A stretch of 64,000 nt of DNA, taken from the NCBI GenBank assembly GCA_963745235.1, contig CAVUXE010000099.1:128001-192000 (forward strand). The letters run 5' to 3'. The stretch comes from an uncultured Spirochaetota bacterium (GTDB lineage Bacteria > Spirochaetota > Spirochaetia > SZUA-6 > Fen-1364). A program made the translations under genes and the position numbers. Of the stretch, positions 31,142 to 41,969 are shown piece after piece; position 1 is the first letter of the stretch, and each line of letters begins with the position of its first letter. Under the pieces are notes generated by a model, which saw only the letters and a program-made list of their open reading frames with translations, did no database searches and was not told the DNA's origin.

Positions 31142-31895
31142 TGTTCGTTTTCCCTTCCCGTTTTGGTTCACTGAAAAGAGCACGCAGGATCATGCGGGCG
31201 CGGCTCACGCAGAAATACGCGGTGAGCTGGGCCGCCGCGCTGCCGGAGAACCCGGCCGAGGAAAGGCCCTGCTTCTCTTCCGTGTCCGGAGCATCATTCT
31301 CAAGCGCGTTGCCTCCCCCTTCGAGGAGCGCCTTGACCTCGTTCTTTTCCAGGAGGACGCGCGCATAGCGGACCCTGCCCTTCCTGCTCTTTGCCACCGT
31401 CAGCTCGAGGAACCTGTCGTCCCGCGCCCGGAAGACCGGGATCTTCTCATGGACAACCATGTTCCTGATCCAGCGGATCTCGTGGGCCAGGAGGAGAGTC
31501 CTTCCCTCGGTGATGATTCCCTCTGCCCTGGCCAGGTCCAGCATGTCGACCAGCTCCAGCTCCAGGAGATCCGCTTTTGTCTGCAGCCATCTCTTGTCCC
31601 CGCCCCGCGTGAACGGCAGCGGTCCCTTGCGCGCCAGCCACCCCCCGAGCCGATGGATCAGCGCCTGCTCCAGCACCGTGCCTGCAAGAATGCAGGCGCT
31701 TTCCGAGAACCCGAAGTAGTAGGTCTGGTGCATCTGCGCCAGGAGGAACTTCACCCGCCCGCTGCCCGGCCCGTCGCCGACATGGATCCTCTGGTAGTTG
31801 AGATGCTCGCGGCGGACGGCCGCTTCGCACAGCCTCTTTTCCCCGTAGCGCTGCCGGAGCGTCGCAAGATGCTTCTCTGTACACCCCCCGAGCAT
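31101..31895 (-). CDS. HEPN/DUF4145-like protein with RxxxxH motif
   Basis: ESACILAGTVLEQAL, LVDMLDLARAEGII, HEIRWIRNMVVH; TTGACC-18nt-TATAGT 6 nt before ATG 31895. Confidence 0.6.
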   Translation of the reverse strand: MLGGCTEKHLATLRQRYGEKRLCEAAVRREHLNYQRIHVGDGPGSGRVKFLLAQMHQTYYFGFSESACILAGTVLEQALIHRLGGWLARKGPLPFTRGGDKRWLQTKADLLELELVDMLDLARAEGIITEGRTLLLAHEIRWIRNMVVHEKIPVFRARDDRFLELTVAKSRKGRVRYARVLLEKNEVKALLEGGGNALENDAPDTEEKQGLSSAGFSGSAAAQLTAYFCVSRARMILRALFSEPKREGKTNNESGGSLLLWQES

Positions 31896-31923
31896 TCCTG
31901 TACTATAGGTTTTCCTGAAAACC

Positions 31924-33077
31924 ATGGTCAAGACAAGAGTTCTCATCCTGGTCGGATTTCTCGTCATGCTCGCCGGCTGCGGCTTCATGAGCCGCACGGA
32001 ACGGGCAAACCCTGAAGTGCTGCAGATCTCCGCGGGCAAGCTCGGGGAAGGGGTCTCCCTGGTCCAGGCCGGGGAGACGCTGGTGGCAGTGTATTCGGAC
32101 TGGGACACAACCGGTCTGTATGAGGTTGAGATCCCGGAATCAGACCATCTTCCTTCCGTGTCCCCGTCTCCAAGATTGATCGACCGGATCGACATGACGC
32201 CGCCGCTTTCCGCCTCCTTCGGAGAGCACACGGCCATTGCCCGGGGGAACACGGTCACTGTCCTCTACCTGGCGCGGGCCGCTGAGGACAAGATGATCCT
32301 CAAGATCGCATCGCATGACCCCGGGGCGCAGGCATGGATCCTGGACGCCATCGAACCCCCGGGCACACCATTGGCCTTGCTTCCGGCGGAAGGGGATCAC
32401 CTGGACCTGTTCTGGGCCGCCGGTTCTCTTCTTCACATGAGCTACCCCCGAAGCGCGCAACCCGATACGCTTCTGGATCCCTTTGCGCCGGGGGATCGGG
32501 CCGGCGCATTTGCCGCGGTTGCCGGGCGCGGGATCACGGTGTATGACTCGCTCTCGCATGCCCTCCTCGCTTTTCGCTGGAACGGGTACGCCTTTCAGCA
32601 GGCAAAGATAAACGGTGCCGGTCCCATCAACTCATCTCTTCTCCTGGAGGACGGCCGCCTCGCCGTCCTGAGCTGGGACCCGGCGACGCGGCGGCTTGAG
32701 CTTCGGGAGATGCGGCAGGATGAGGCGGCCGTCGCGCCAACCCTCGTGACCATGAGCGAAGGGACCACCGCGGTCTCCCTGCTGCCCCTTGCGTCGAACG
32801 CCGCGCCAGGCGCCGGCGCTGCCGGTGAACGCGGAGACAGGTTGCTTTTCCTCTACGACGACGCGAGACGCCTCGGTGGAGGCAAATCGCTTCACGAGCT
32901 TTCCCTTCTTGCCCCCGCTCCGGCTGGGGGCCGGCCGGGCGGATGTATCGAAGGATCATTCTCCTGTCGGGAACGGAGCCGATCATGGGGTTCTCCGCGG
33001 TGGAGACTGCTGACAGCCTGTATGTTCTCGTGCATCAGGACGGGTTGAAGCTTTTGAAGCTGAGGCTTCCCGGATAG
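31924..33077 (+). CDS. Hypothetical lipoprotein (frameshift near 32935)
   Basis: Lipobox MLAG-C; beta-rich; alternate frame ends ...LKLLKLRLPG*. Confidence 0.7.
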
Positions 33078-33099
33078 GAGACGCCGGAGCGCGGGCCGT

Positions 33100-33582
33100 T
33101 CAGGACTTGTTGTAGATCACGTCGATGGCAGGCTCTTTGACCACAAGGACCGAGCATTTTGCATTTCGCACGATCTCCCTGCGCTGCCTGCTCAGCGCGT
33201 CACGGAAGCCCTTGCTCTCCTCGAAACCGCCAAGAAGGATGATGTCAGCGCCGGCCTCATCAGCGGCCTCGACAACCTCCGTGGAAATGGCGCCGCGGCG
33301 CAGGACTTTCTCCATCTCCACCCCTTTCTTCGCCGCAAGGTCCTGCACGTAGTTCAGGTACCTGTGACCGTTCTCTTCGAGGCTCTTCTCGTAATCCGTG
33401 CTCTCCTCCTCCACGAAGATCTTCGAGAGAAGGAGCTCGCGGAGCGTGGCCGTGTCCACCACGTACACCCCGACCAGGCGCAGGCGATACAACCTCGCCA
33501 TGATGATCCCGTACTTTGCCGCGTTGATGGAGGCTTCCGACCCGCTGACTGCGACGACAATTGTCTGGATCAGTGACTTCAT
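33100..33582 (-). CDS. Universal stress protein
   Basis: IVVAVSGSEAS..AA, ADIILLG, IVRNAKCSVLVVK. Confidence 0.9.
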   Translation of the reverse strand: MKSLIQTIVVAVSGSEASINAAKYGIIMARLYRLRLVGVYVVDTATLRELLLSKIFVEEESTDYEKSLEENGHRYLNYVQDLAAKKGVEMEKVLRRGAISTEVVEAADEAGADIILLGGFEESKGFRDALSRQRREIVRNAKCSVLVVKEPAIDVIYNKS

Positions 33583-34208
33583 ACTCTATCCCCCAGGAGC
33601 CGCGACTTGAGGATCTTCTGCACAAAAAAGACTTCGCGCTCCCGCTCCTCAAGAACATCCTCAATGAACTTCCTGGTCTCCAGGACGTCCGGGATCACGA
33701 TCTTCTCCAGGGCGTTGACGCGCCTCTGGGTCCTTCGCACTTCCTTTGCCAGGCGCCACACCATGGTGCGGATCTCTGCCATCCTCGCGACGAGCTTCAG
33801 GAGCTCGAAGAACTCCACCATCGTCCTGTCGCACGTCGCCTGCGTGTTCATGAAAGAGTACTTCAAAGCCATCCGCGGGGCCTGCACATCGATGGTGGGC
33901 AGCGGAATGCCCATCAGGCGGCTTTGCTTCTCCTTCACGACGTAGTCGAAGGAGATCCCCGAGCTCACCTCGCGGGCGGACTCCCGGCCCAGGCCGACGA
34001 TCATCCTTTTCAGGGCTCCGTATGCCGACTCCACGCGCTTGTCCAGGTCCCGCTCCAGGAGCTTTACCTCCTCCACCATGCGCATCAGCTCCATGATGAG
34101 GATCTCCCTCTTCTGCTCCAGCAGCTCGAAGCCTTCCCGGGCAATTGCCAGCTGTTGCCGGACTGCGAAAAGGTTCGACTTTGTGGGCGGGACGTCGTAG
34201 CGCGCCAT
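33579..34208 (-). CDS. atpD: V/A-type ATP synthase subunit D
   Basis: PTKSNL, G.ELLEQKR, TQRRVNALEKIVIP, LEERERE. Confidence 0.95.
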   Translation of the reverse strand: MARYDVPPTKSNLFAVRQQLAIAREGFELLEQKREILIMELMRMVEEVKLLERDLDKRVESAYGALKRMIVGLGRESAREVSSGISFDYVVKEKQSRLMGIPLPTIDVQAPRMALKYSFMNTQATCDRTMVEFFELLKLVARMAEIRTMVWRLAKEVRRTQRRVNALEKIVIPDVLETRKFIEDVLEEREREVFFVQKILKSRLLGDRV

Positions 34209-35627
34209 CTATGTGCTCCCAGTAGCCGGGGGCGCGGCGACAGCGGGGATCTCGTACTTTGCGAAGTACTTTTCCAGTGTTTCTTCGCGGATCCTGTACA
34301 GCTCTGCCCTGGGCAGTGCGGTCAGGAGCTTCCACCCCAGCTCCAGGGTCTGCTCGATGCTGCGATTCTCCCGTTCACCCTGCGCGAGGAAATCTCTTTC
34401 GAACTTGTCGCCGAAAACAAGGTACCGCTTGTCCAGCTCCGAGAGCTCCTCTTCACCGATGACCGAGGCAAGGGAGCGTATGCTCCTGACCTTTGAATAT
34501 GCCGCGAACAGCTGCGACGAGAGCTCCTTGTGATCCTCCCGCGTCATGCCCTGGCCGATCCCGTCCTTCATGAGACGCGAGAGCGAAGGAAGGCCGGCGA
34601 TGGGCGGGTAGATTCCCTTCTGAAACAGCTCGCGATCAAGGACAATCTGGCCCTCCGTGATGTACCCCGTGAGGTCGGGGACGGGATGGGAGATGTCATC
34701 GCTCGGCATGGTGAGGACGGGGATCTGGGTGATGGAGCCCCGCGATCCCTCGATCCGTCCCGCGCGCTCATACAGGGAGGCCAGGTCCGAGTAGAGGTAC
34801 CCCGGATATCCCTTGCGGGAAGGGATTTCTCCGCGGATGGTGGAGACCTCGCGCAGGGATTCGCAGTAGTTGGTCAGGTCCGTCATCACGACAAGGACGT
34901 GCATGTCGCAGGTGTAGGCGAGGTACTCCGCGGCCGTGAGCGCGCAGCGCGGGGTGATGATGCGTTCTATGGAGGGGTCGTCCGCGAGGGACAGGAACAT
35001 GACGACATTCGAAAGGACGCCGCTGTCTTCGAAGGCGTCGATGAAGAACCGCGCCACGTCGTACTTGACCCCCATGGCCGCGAAAACCATCACGAAGGGC
35101 TCATCCGACGTGAGTATCTTCGCCTGGCGGATGATCTGGGCCGCGAGCCTGTTGTGAGGGAGGCCGCTGCCGGAAAAGATGGGAAGCTTCTGCCCGCGGA
35201 TGAGGGTGTTCATGCCGTCGATGCACGAGATCCCCGTCTGGATGAAATCCTTCGGGTAGGTGCGCGAGTCAGGATTGATGGGCACCCCGTTGACATCCAG
35301 CTTCAGGGAGCTGAACGGTGCCGGGTAGCCGTCCATGGGCTCTCCCAGCCCGTCGAAGATCCTGCCCAGCATGTCGCGGGACACCCTCATTTCCATGGGC
35401 GCGCCGCTGAACTCGACGGAGGAGGTTTCCGTGGAAAGGCCGGTGTTGGATCCGAAGATCTGGACGGCCACGGCGCGCTCCGACAGCTCGATGATCCGTC
35501 CCTTCCTCTCGTTCCTCTCCCGGTCGTAAACAATGACCATTTCTCCCAGGCCCACGTCTTCGGTCCGCTGGAGGATGATGATAGGGCCTTCGACGCGCGT
35601 CAGCCCCCGGTATTCGAGTCCCTTCAT
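34209..35627 (-). CDS. atpB: V/A-type ATP synthase subunit B
   Basis: [47 protein letters not shown]. Confidence 0.97.
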   Translation of the reverse strand: MKGLEYRGLTRVEGPIIILQRTEDVGLGEMVIVYDRERNERKGRIIELSERAVAVQIFGSNTGLSTETSSVEFSGAPMEMRVSRDMLGRIFDGLGEPMDGYPAPFSSLKLDVNGVPINPDSRTYPKDFIQTGISCIDGMNTLIRGQKLPIFSGSGLPHNRLAAQIIRQAKILTSDEPFVMVFAAMGVKYDVARFFIDAFEDSGVLSNVVMFLSLADDPSIERIITPRCALTAAEYLAYTCDMHVLVVMTDLTNYCESLREVSTIRGEIPSRKGYPGYLYSDLASLYERAGRIEGSRGSITQIPVLTMPSDDISHPVPDLTGYITEGQIVLDRELFQKGIYPPIAGLPSLSRLMKDGIGQGMTREDHKELSSQLFAAYSKVRSIRSLASVIGEEELSELDKRYLVFGDKFERDFLAQGERENRSIEQTLELGWKLLTALPRAELYRIREETLEKYFAKYEIPAVAAPPATGST

Positions 35628-37379
35628 CTGCTGTAGCTCCTCTCCAGCTCGTCCATCTCCCTGACCATCAGGGCCTCGATCTCATCCAGGCGCGTAAGCT
35701 CATTGTTTGCGATGCTCGACTTGGCGCGGACGATCTTTTCTTGGCAGGAGAGCTCCCGGACCTTGAGAAGCGGCGCCCCGAGCTGGATGATCGCGAGGGC
35801 GCGATCATGGAAATCCATGATGATCTTCAGTATCCGGACCTGTTTGTCCGGGACGCTGAACATGTCGATCTCATCGAACGCGTTCTGCTGGAGGAACCCG
35901 TTCTTGATCATCTCCGCCACGAGGAGGATGAGCCGCTGGTTGTCCGGCAGCGCGTCCGGACCGATCAGCTTGACGATCTGTGACAGCCTCTGCTCGCGCT
36001 TGAGGAGGTCCAGGGCTTTCTCCCGGACCCCGCTCCAGACGGGGTTGACCTTTTCCCACCAGGGCCGGACTTCCTCCGCGTATTCGCTGTACGAGTCGAT
36101 CCAGGAGATGGCCGGGTAGTGGCGCGCGTTTGCAAGCTCCCTGTCCAGCGCCCAGAAGCACCGGATGAAACGCTTGGTGTGCTGCGTCACGGGCTCGGAA
36201 AAGTCCCCGCCCGGAGGTGAGACGGCGCCGATCACCGAGATGGAGCCCATCCTGCCTCCGAGCGCCTTCACCTTCCCCGCCCGCTCGTAGAACTCGGCGA
36301 GCCGGGTCGGAAGATACGCCGGGAAACCCTCATCAGCAGGCATTTCCTCAAGCCGGCCCGACAGCTCCCTCAGCGCCTCGGCCCACCGGGACGTGGAGTC
36401 CGCCATGATGGCCACATCGTACCCCATGTCCCGGTAGTACTCCGCGAGCGTGACTCCCGTATAAATGGACACCTCGCGCGCCGCCACCGGGCATGTTGGA
36501 GGTATTGGCGATAAGGATGGTCCTCTCCATGAGGGACTTGCCGGTCCTCGGGTCCTGGATCTTGGGGAACTCCGTGAGGACGTCGGTCATCTCGTTGCCG
36601 CGCTCTCCGCAGCCGATGTACACGATGATGTCCGCGTCGCACCACTTGGCCAGCGCGTGCTGGGTCATGGTCTTGCCTGTCCCGAACCCGCCGGGAATGG
36701 CCGCAGTCCCGCCGCGGGAAATCGGGAAAAAGACATCGATAACGCGCTGCCCCGTGATGAGCGGCTCGTCCATTCCCATCTTTTCGATGTACGGCCTCGG
36801 CTTGCGCACGGGCCAGTAGTGGGACATGGTCATTTCCTGCCCGCCTGCGAACTTCACGATGGTCTCCCCGATGGTGTAGTCTCCCTCGGAGGCCGCCCAT
36901 TCGATCTTCGCGGGACGCATTTCCGGAAACACGGTGAGCTTGTGCATGATAGTGGATGATTCCCTCACCTGGCCCACGATGGTCCCTGGTGCCGCGGAAT
37001 CACCCTTCTTGCACGAGGGCTGAAAATGCCATTTCCTGTCCTGTGAGAGAGGGGGCGTCTTGATTCCCGGAGTGATGAATCCGCCGGCGGTCTTCTTGAT
37101 CTCCGCCAGCGGGCGCTGGATTCCGTCGTAGATCTGTCCAAGGAGACCAGGTCCGAGGTGCACGGAGAGCGGCCGCTCGAGCGACCACGCGCTCTCCCCC
37201 ACCCGCATGCCCGTGTTCTCCTCGTAGATCTGGATTGTCGCGGTGTCGCCCTCGAGGCGGATTATCTCCCCGATCAGGCGCTTCTGGCCGATCTCCACCA
37301 CGTCGTAAAGTCCGCTTCCCCCCAGCCCCGTTGCCTTGATGATGGGGCCGTTGATCCTGATTACCTTTCCTTCGATCAT
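35624..37379 (-). CDS. atpA: V/A-type ATP synthase subunit A (frameshift near 36490)
   Basis: [46 protein letters not shown]. Confidence 0.96.
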
Positions 37380-37382
37380 CTT

Positions 37383-38003
37383 CTACACGTCTCTTCCCAG
37401 CAAAGCAGTGGCCATCTCTTCGCGGTATTGCTCCAGGAGCTGCGCGCTGAGCTCCCGCACCGTCCCCCGGAAGCGGATGTGACGGTCCGTCGTCTCCAGC
37501 ACGATGCCGGCATCCGGGCCGCCATCTGCCGCGTCCTTGACCGCTTCCACCTGGATCCCCGGGACGTTCTCTTCCACGATGCGCTTCGCATCCTGCGGCC
37601 GTATTCCCGACGCATGCACGACCACCGTTGTGTCTTTGAACACCGGCGGCATGCGCTGCATCATTCCCCCGACGATGCGCCCGAGGTCCTCAGGAGCAAG
37701 TCGCGCGAAAAACTCCTCCAGTGCGCGGCCGACGGACTCCTGGATGTGAGACAAGCGGGCGCGCATGAAGTCAAGGGGCAGGGATGCGCCAAGCTCCTGC
37801 CGGACGGCCCCGATCTTGCTGTCGCGGTCAGCCTCAACCCTGCGGATATCCGCTTCCGTCCTGCGGCGCCACTCCTCGCGCAGCGCCTCGCATTCGCGGT
37901 CCGCCTCCGCCAACACGCGACTTGCCTTGGTTCGAGCGTCCTCCAGGACTTGCTTTTCCAGCGCTTCGCCCGTCTTCACGACTTCCATCTCAGCTCTCTC
38001 CAT
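37383..38003 (-). CDS. atpE: V/A-type ATP synthase subunit E
   Basis: Coiled-coil N-terminus, AGIVLET motif, operon position. Confidence 0.8.
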   Translation of the reverse strand: MERAEMEVVKTGEALEKQVLEDARTKASRVLAEADRECEALREEWRRRTEADIRRVEADRDSKIGAVRQELGASLPLDFMRARLSHIQESVGRALEEFFARLAPEDLGRIVGGMMQRMPPVFKDTTVVVHASGIRPQDAKRIVEENVPGIQVEAVKDAADGGPDAGIVLETTDRHIRFRGTVRELSAQLLEQYREEMATALLGRDV

Positions 38004-38048
38004 CCCTGCTGCGCCGCTCCGCGCGTGCCGGGCGCACCTCTTCCATCG

Positions 38049-38354
38049 CTACACATGAATCCCTACCGCGTCACGGATGGAATCGATGAGGCTCCGCCGA
38101 TCAGGCACGTGGCCGCCGATCCCCGGGACCTCCACGATCAGCGGATACGACCCGTTCATCTGCCAATCCATCACTTCGCGGGCCAGGAAAGACGACACCT
38201 GTTCCGTCAGGATGAGGACCCGCGCCTTCCCTTCTTCCGTCACGCTCGAAAAGGCTTCCCGGGCTTCCTCTTCCGTGCGGGCCACGCTCCCGGGGACTCC
38301 GACAAACCGGAAGCCGATGACCACCTCTTCATCGCCGATTACGTGGAACTCCAC
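38049..38354 (-). CDS. atpF: V/A-type ATP synthase subunit F
   Basis: VIGDEEVVIGFRFVGV, PLIVEVP, IRDAVGI. Confidence 0.92.
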   Translation of the reverse strand: MEFHVIGDEEVVIGFRFVGVPGSVARTEEEAREAFSSVTEEGKARVLILTEQVSSFLAREVMDWQMNGSYPLIVEVPGIGGHVPDRRSLIDSIRDAVGIHV

Positions 38355-38366
38355 GCCTCGAACCGC

Positions 38367-38675
38367 CTATCCGGCCGAAGAAAGGATCATGAGGGCCACG
38401 ATAAAGCCCCACAGACAAATTCCTTCCGCGAGCCCGACAAAAGGCAGGGCCTTTCCGGAAAGGTCCGGATTCTCGCTCATGGCCGCCATGGCAGCCGCCC
38501 CGATCTGCCCGACCGCGATCCCTCCGCCCAGGGTCGCAAGTCCGACCGCGATGGCCGCGGCCAGGAACTTGAGAATATTGGTCGTGCCCGCGGCGTTTCC
38601 AGCCGCCTGGGCAAAGACCGCCGGGACCGCTGCCACGACAAGGAGCGCCGCCGCAAGAAGAAACCTCTTTTTCAC
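38367..38675 (-). CDS. atpK: V/A-type ATP synthase subunit K (c)
   Basis: Gly/Ala hairpin, AMSENP, VGLAEGI with the ion-carrying Glu. Confidence 0.92.
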   Translation of the reverse strand: MKKRFLLAAALLVVAAVPAVFAQAAGNAAGTTNILKFLAAAIAVGLATLGGGIAVGQIGAAAMAAMSENPDLSGKALPFVGLAEGICLWGFIVALMILSSAG

Positions 38676-40672
38676 CGCACACCTCCCGAAGAGCGCAATG
38701 TAAATGGCTTGAACTCCTCTCCCGATTCCGTGAAGAACTTGGAGAAGAACTCGTAGTACTGGAGCCTGACCACCTGGATGGTCACGATCAGGCCTTCAAG
38801 GACAATGATGATGGAGTTTCCGATCAGGATGACGAGGATTCGGAACACGATCCCTCCAGCCGCGCCGCCGACCATCCCGGCGAGGAGAAACACAATTGCG
38901 CTGAGCACGGTATGCGCCAGCGCGAAGGCTGCAACGCGGAGGAAAGAAACAGAGTTGGAAATGTAGTAGATACTGGATTCGAGGATCTCGACGATCCCCT
39001 CCATGATGAAGCTGAAGAGCCCGTCTTTCAGCACGGGCCGTTTCTTCTCGGCAAGGCGGACAATCGGCTCATGGAAGAACAAGGCGCCCAGCGGCACGGC
39101 CAGCACAAGGATGTCGATTCCGCTGAAGCTCCCCCCAAGGAGGATCCGAACCCCGATGGAGAGCAGGTACCAGAAGAAGATCGCGCCTGCCAGCCCTGTC
39201 TTGGAAAGAAATGCGTCTTCCCACCGCCGCATGCGGATCTTGTTCATGAGGTTGATGATCAGTCCGACGGAATTGATGATTGCGCCCACCCCTATGGTGA
39301 CGCCGAAAAATAGGATTATCTTCTGGAAACCCACGAGTGAGATGATCCGGTCTACCGGTCGACCCGTGATGAGCCCCGTGATGAACCGGGAAGCCGGCAC
39401 AAGGACATCGTCGTTGGCGAAGAAGGAACCGTAGAGGAGGCCCGTTATCATGGACGCCGCTCCGACCACAATGAAAACAGTGCCGAAGTTCTTCTGCCGA
39501 TACGCTTCGAATGATTTCACCTTGCCGCTTTGAATGAGGAGCCCCAGGAGCAGTCCGACGAAGCCTTGCCCCACGTCCCCGAACATGATTGCAAAAAGCA
39601 GCACAAACATCACCGCGACAAAGGGGGTCGGATCCACGGTCCCGTAGAGCGGGACACTGTAGGAGAAAACCATGCGTTCGAAGGAACGCACGACCCGCCC
39701 GTGTCGAACGGATACCGGTACCTTCACTTTTCCGGAGCGCACCTCGGGAAGCTCTTCAGGGTCGTACGACTTGAGCGCCAGCCTTCCCTGGGATATTTTC
39801 TCCAGCTCCGCTGCCACCTCATCGAACTTGCGCCTCGGAATCCACCCGCTCAAGCGCATCACCGACCCGGTGGAGGCAAAGCCCTGCTTGACCGAATCCA
39901 CGGTCACCGCCACGTCCAGGTCGTCAAACAGATCCATGATAAGGCTTCCTCGGGTCTCGCGCACCAGCCGCTTTCGCTCCTCCAGGCGTGAAAGGGCGGC
40001 CTCGGTCAGCAGGAGGTTGCGCTCCATCGCGTTCATGACGTCCGCGGGCACCCCGGTCGCGGAAGCCGGCAGCTCGAGGGGGTGAAAATCCACCTTCGCA
40101 AGCTCGCTGTCCAGCGCCCATTTCCCCTTGCGGTCCGTCACGGCCATGATGTGGCCCTCTTTCTTCAGCCCAACGATGACGGCCCTGTCCGCCAGGGTCT
40201 GCGTGAGCTCCTCCAGCTTTTCCTCCGGAACGACGCCGAGACGGAAAGTGAGGTAGGTGAGGTTCGCAAGCTCAGCAAAAGGAACAGTGAGCTCGGAAAA
40301 AGCTGAAAGCTCTTCCAGGCTCCGCTTCAGGCTGAGCCGCTGCTGCACCAGGCGGCTTTCCTCCGCAACGAGGTCTGCAGTCTCGGAGATGATCTGGTCA
40401 GCCGCTTCACGCAGCACCTCTCGAGGCCTGGCCGGCCTGGACCGCTCCGCCCGCGTCCGGTCGCCCACGTGAAGGTCGAGAAAACGAGCCAGGGCCTCAA
40501 CCCTGACTTTCATCTCGGCTGTCTCGCGCTCCGTGGGCGTCGGCTCGGTCTGTTCATGGCCTTCGATGATGAGCTGAAGGCAGCCGGCCTCCCCGAGGTA
40601 GCGCATGACGGCGTCCACGTCGCGCTTGAGCACCAGCAGCTCGAGCTTCTTCATCCGGTCCATGAAGAGCAT
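38672..40672 (-). CDS. atpI: V/A-type ATP synthase subunit I (a)
   Basis: DPTPF, MFGDVGQG, SFLRVAAFALAH, IQVVRLQYYEFFSKF. Confidence 0.96.
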   Translation of the reverse strand: MLFMDRMKKLELLVLKRDVDAVMRYLGEAGCLQLIIEGHEQTEPTPTERETAEMKVRVEALARFLDLHVGDRTRAERSRPARPREVLREAADQIISETADLVAEESRLVQQRLSLKRSLEELSAFSELTVPFAELANLTYLTFRLGVVPEEKLEELTQTLADRAVIVGLKKEGHIMAVTDRKGKWALDSELAKVDFHPLELPASATGVPADVMNAMERNLLLTEAALSRLEERKRLVRETRGSLIMDLFDDLDVAVTVDSVKQGFASTGSVMRLSGWIPRRKFDEVAAELEKISQGRLALKSYDPEELPEVRSGKVKVPVSVRHGRVVRSFERMVFSYSVPLYGTVDPTPFVAVMFVLLFAIMFGDVGQGFVGLLLGLLIQSGKVKSFEAYRQKNFGTVFIVVGAASMITGLLYGSFFANDDVLVPASRFITGLITGRPVDRIISLVGFQKIILFFGVTIGVGAIINSVGLIINLMNKIRMRRWEDAFLSKTGLAGAIFFWYLLSIGVRILLGGSFSGIDILVLAVPLGALFFHEPIVRLAEKKRPVLKDGLFSFIMEGIVEILESSIYYISNSVSFLRVAAFALAHTVLSAIVFLLAGMVGGAAGGIVFRILVILIGNSIIIVLEGLIVTIQVVRLQYYEFFSKFFTESGEEFKPFTLRSSGGVR

Positions 40673-41667
40673 CAGCCGGCCCCCACCATGGAGAGCACCT
40701 CGTGCTCGGAAACCGAGAGCCGCAGCGCCTCCACGGCGATCTTGAGCATGCCGGTCTCCAACTCCTTGAGCTTGAAGTACGCAACGATCGGAGTCAGGGT
40801 GAAGGGGTCCTCGTGGAAAAGCTGGTGAGCCCGGAGGACAAGGCGCTGGGCCGCCTTCTGCTCGGCTCGAACGGGGTCCGGCGCTCTGAAAGTCTCCCCA
40901 AGCTGGTCACTCACGAGCCACGAGTATTTCCACGTGCGCCAGCCTTCCACGGAATCCGCCGGGATCTCGAATGCCTCCGCTATCGCTTTGCCGTGGGAGT
41001 CCACCATCCTGGGGAGCATGAGGGGTTGAGCGGACTGCGCGTCCAGGCCGAAGAAAAAGCGCAGCCGAAGGGCCCAGACAGCGTTGGCAAGCATCATTTC
41101 CAGGCTGACCAGGCGCACGACACCCGAGCGGTCTCGCGGCGCGAGCTTTCTGGCCAGCCCCAGGAGCCGGGTATAGTAGTCTCGGTCCAGCATGTTCTCG
41201 ATCTCGAAAAGGGGCCTGGACCGAACAAGCGGGAGAACCCACGCGTAGGGGCTGGCTGCGATGACTTTCTGGATGTCTTTCCCCTTGCCGGGACGAAGCA
41301 GAGCGAACCTTCCCAGGTCCCAGATGACCGGTTGTTCCGCCCCTTCACGCGAAAGACTGCGTATCACGGACTTCACGCTCTGGTATTCGTACTTGCGCAG
41401 GATGTGCACCAGGATCTCCGGAGGATTGCCAAGGAGGGTAAGGATACGAGTCATGGACTCTATCCCCGCCTTCGCGATCCTCCCCTCCAGTTCCGCGGAG
41501 AGGGATTCCTCCGGCGTCGCCGCCCGCTCCCCCGGGAACAGAAGATCGAAGATCTCTTCCAGACGCTTCAAGCGAAGCAGGTCCTGGAAGTTGGCTCCAA
41601 TGTATGTCTTCGCGAGGCTACCGTAGATCTTTGCAAGTATGAAGGCGTAGCGGAACGTGCGGATCAT
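40672..41667 (-). CDS. atpC: V/A-type ATP synthase subunit C (d)
   Basis: YAFILAKI, ENMLDRDYY, N.VWALRL, PIVAYFKLKELE. Confidence 0.85.
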   Translation of the reverse strand: MIRTFRYAFILAKIYGSLAKTYIGANFQDLLRLKRLEEIFDLLFPGERAATPEESLSAELEGRIAKAGIESMTRILTLLGNPPEILVHILRKYEYQSVKSVIRSLSREGAEQPVIWDLGRFALLRPGKGKDIQKVIAASPYAWVLPLVRSRPLFEIENMLDRDYYTRLLGLARKLAPRDRSGVVRLVSLEMMLANAVWALRLRFFFGLDAQSAQPLMLPRMVDSHGKAIAEAFEIPADSVEGWRTWKYSWLVSDQLGETFRAPDPVRAEQKAAQRLVLRAHQLFHEDPFTLTPIVAYFKLKELETGMLKIAVEALRLSVSEHEVLSMVGAG

Positions 41668-41969
41668 TTCTCGGGTTTTTCTATCAGCTGCTTTATGAGG
41701 CGGAAGAAGCCTTCACGGTCGACGGGTTGCGCCGAAAGCTTTGCCCGGTACTCTTCGTTCTTCTGGCGCCGTTCCTGCGCAGCGCGCTCCTTTTCCGCGG
41801 CAACCGCGCTCTCCGCCTCCGCGGCCTTCCCCTTCAACGAAGCGGCGTGCTGTTTCTGGGCCTCCGCGCGGACTTCTGTCTTGCGCCGATTGGCCTCCGC
41901 CTCGGCCGAAGAGACCAACTCCGCGGCGGTTCTTTCCGTCTTGAGAAGCTTGTCGAGCATGTCAGACAT
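41664..41969 (-). CDS. V/A-type ATP synthase subunit G/H (stator)
   Basis: Ala/Glu/Lys coiled coil, first gene of the operon. Confidence 0.7.
   Translation of the reverse strand: MSDMLDKLLKTERTAAELVSSAEAEANRRKTEVRAEAQKQHAASLKGKAAEAESAVAAEKERAAQERRQKNEEYRAKLSAQPVDREGFFRLIKQLIEKPEK

Noticed and set aside
35624-37379. Split V-ATPase A as a split intein or programmed frameshift
   Set aside because: The halves join directly at NMP-V-AARE with one extra G; there is no intein sequence or slippery heptamer.
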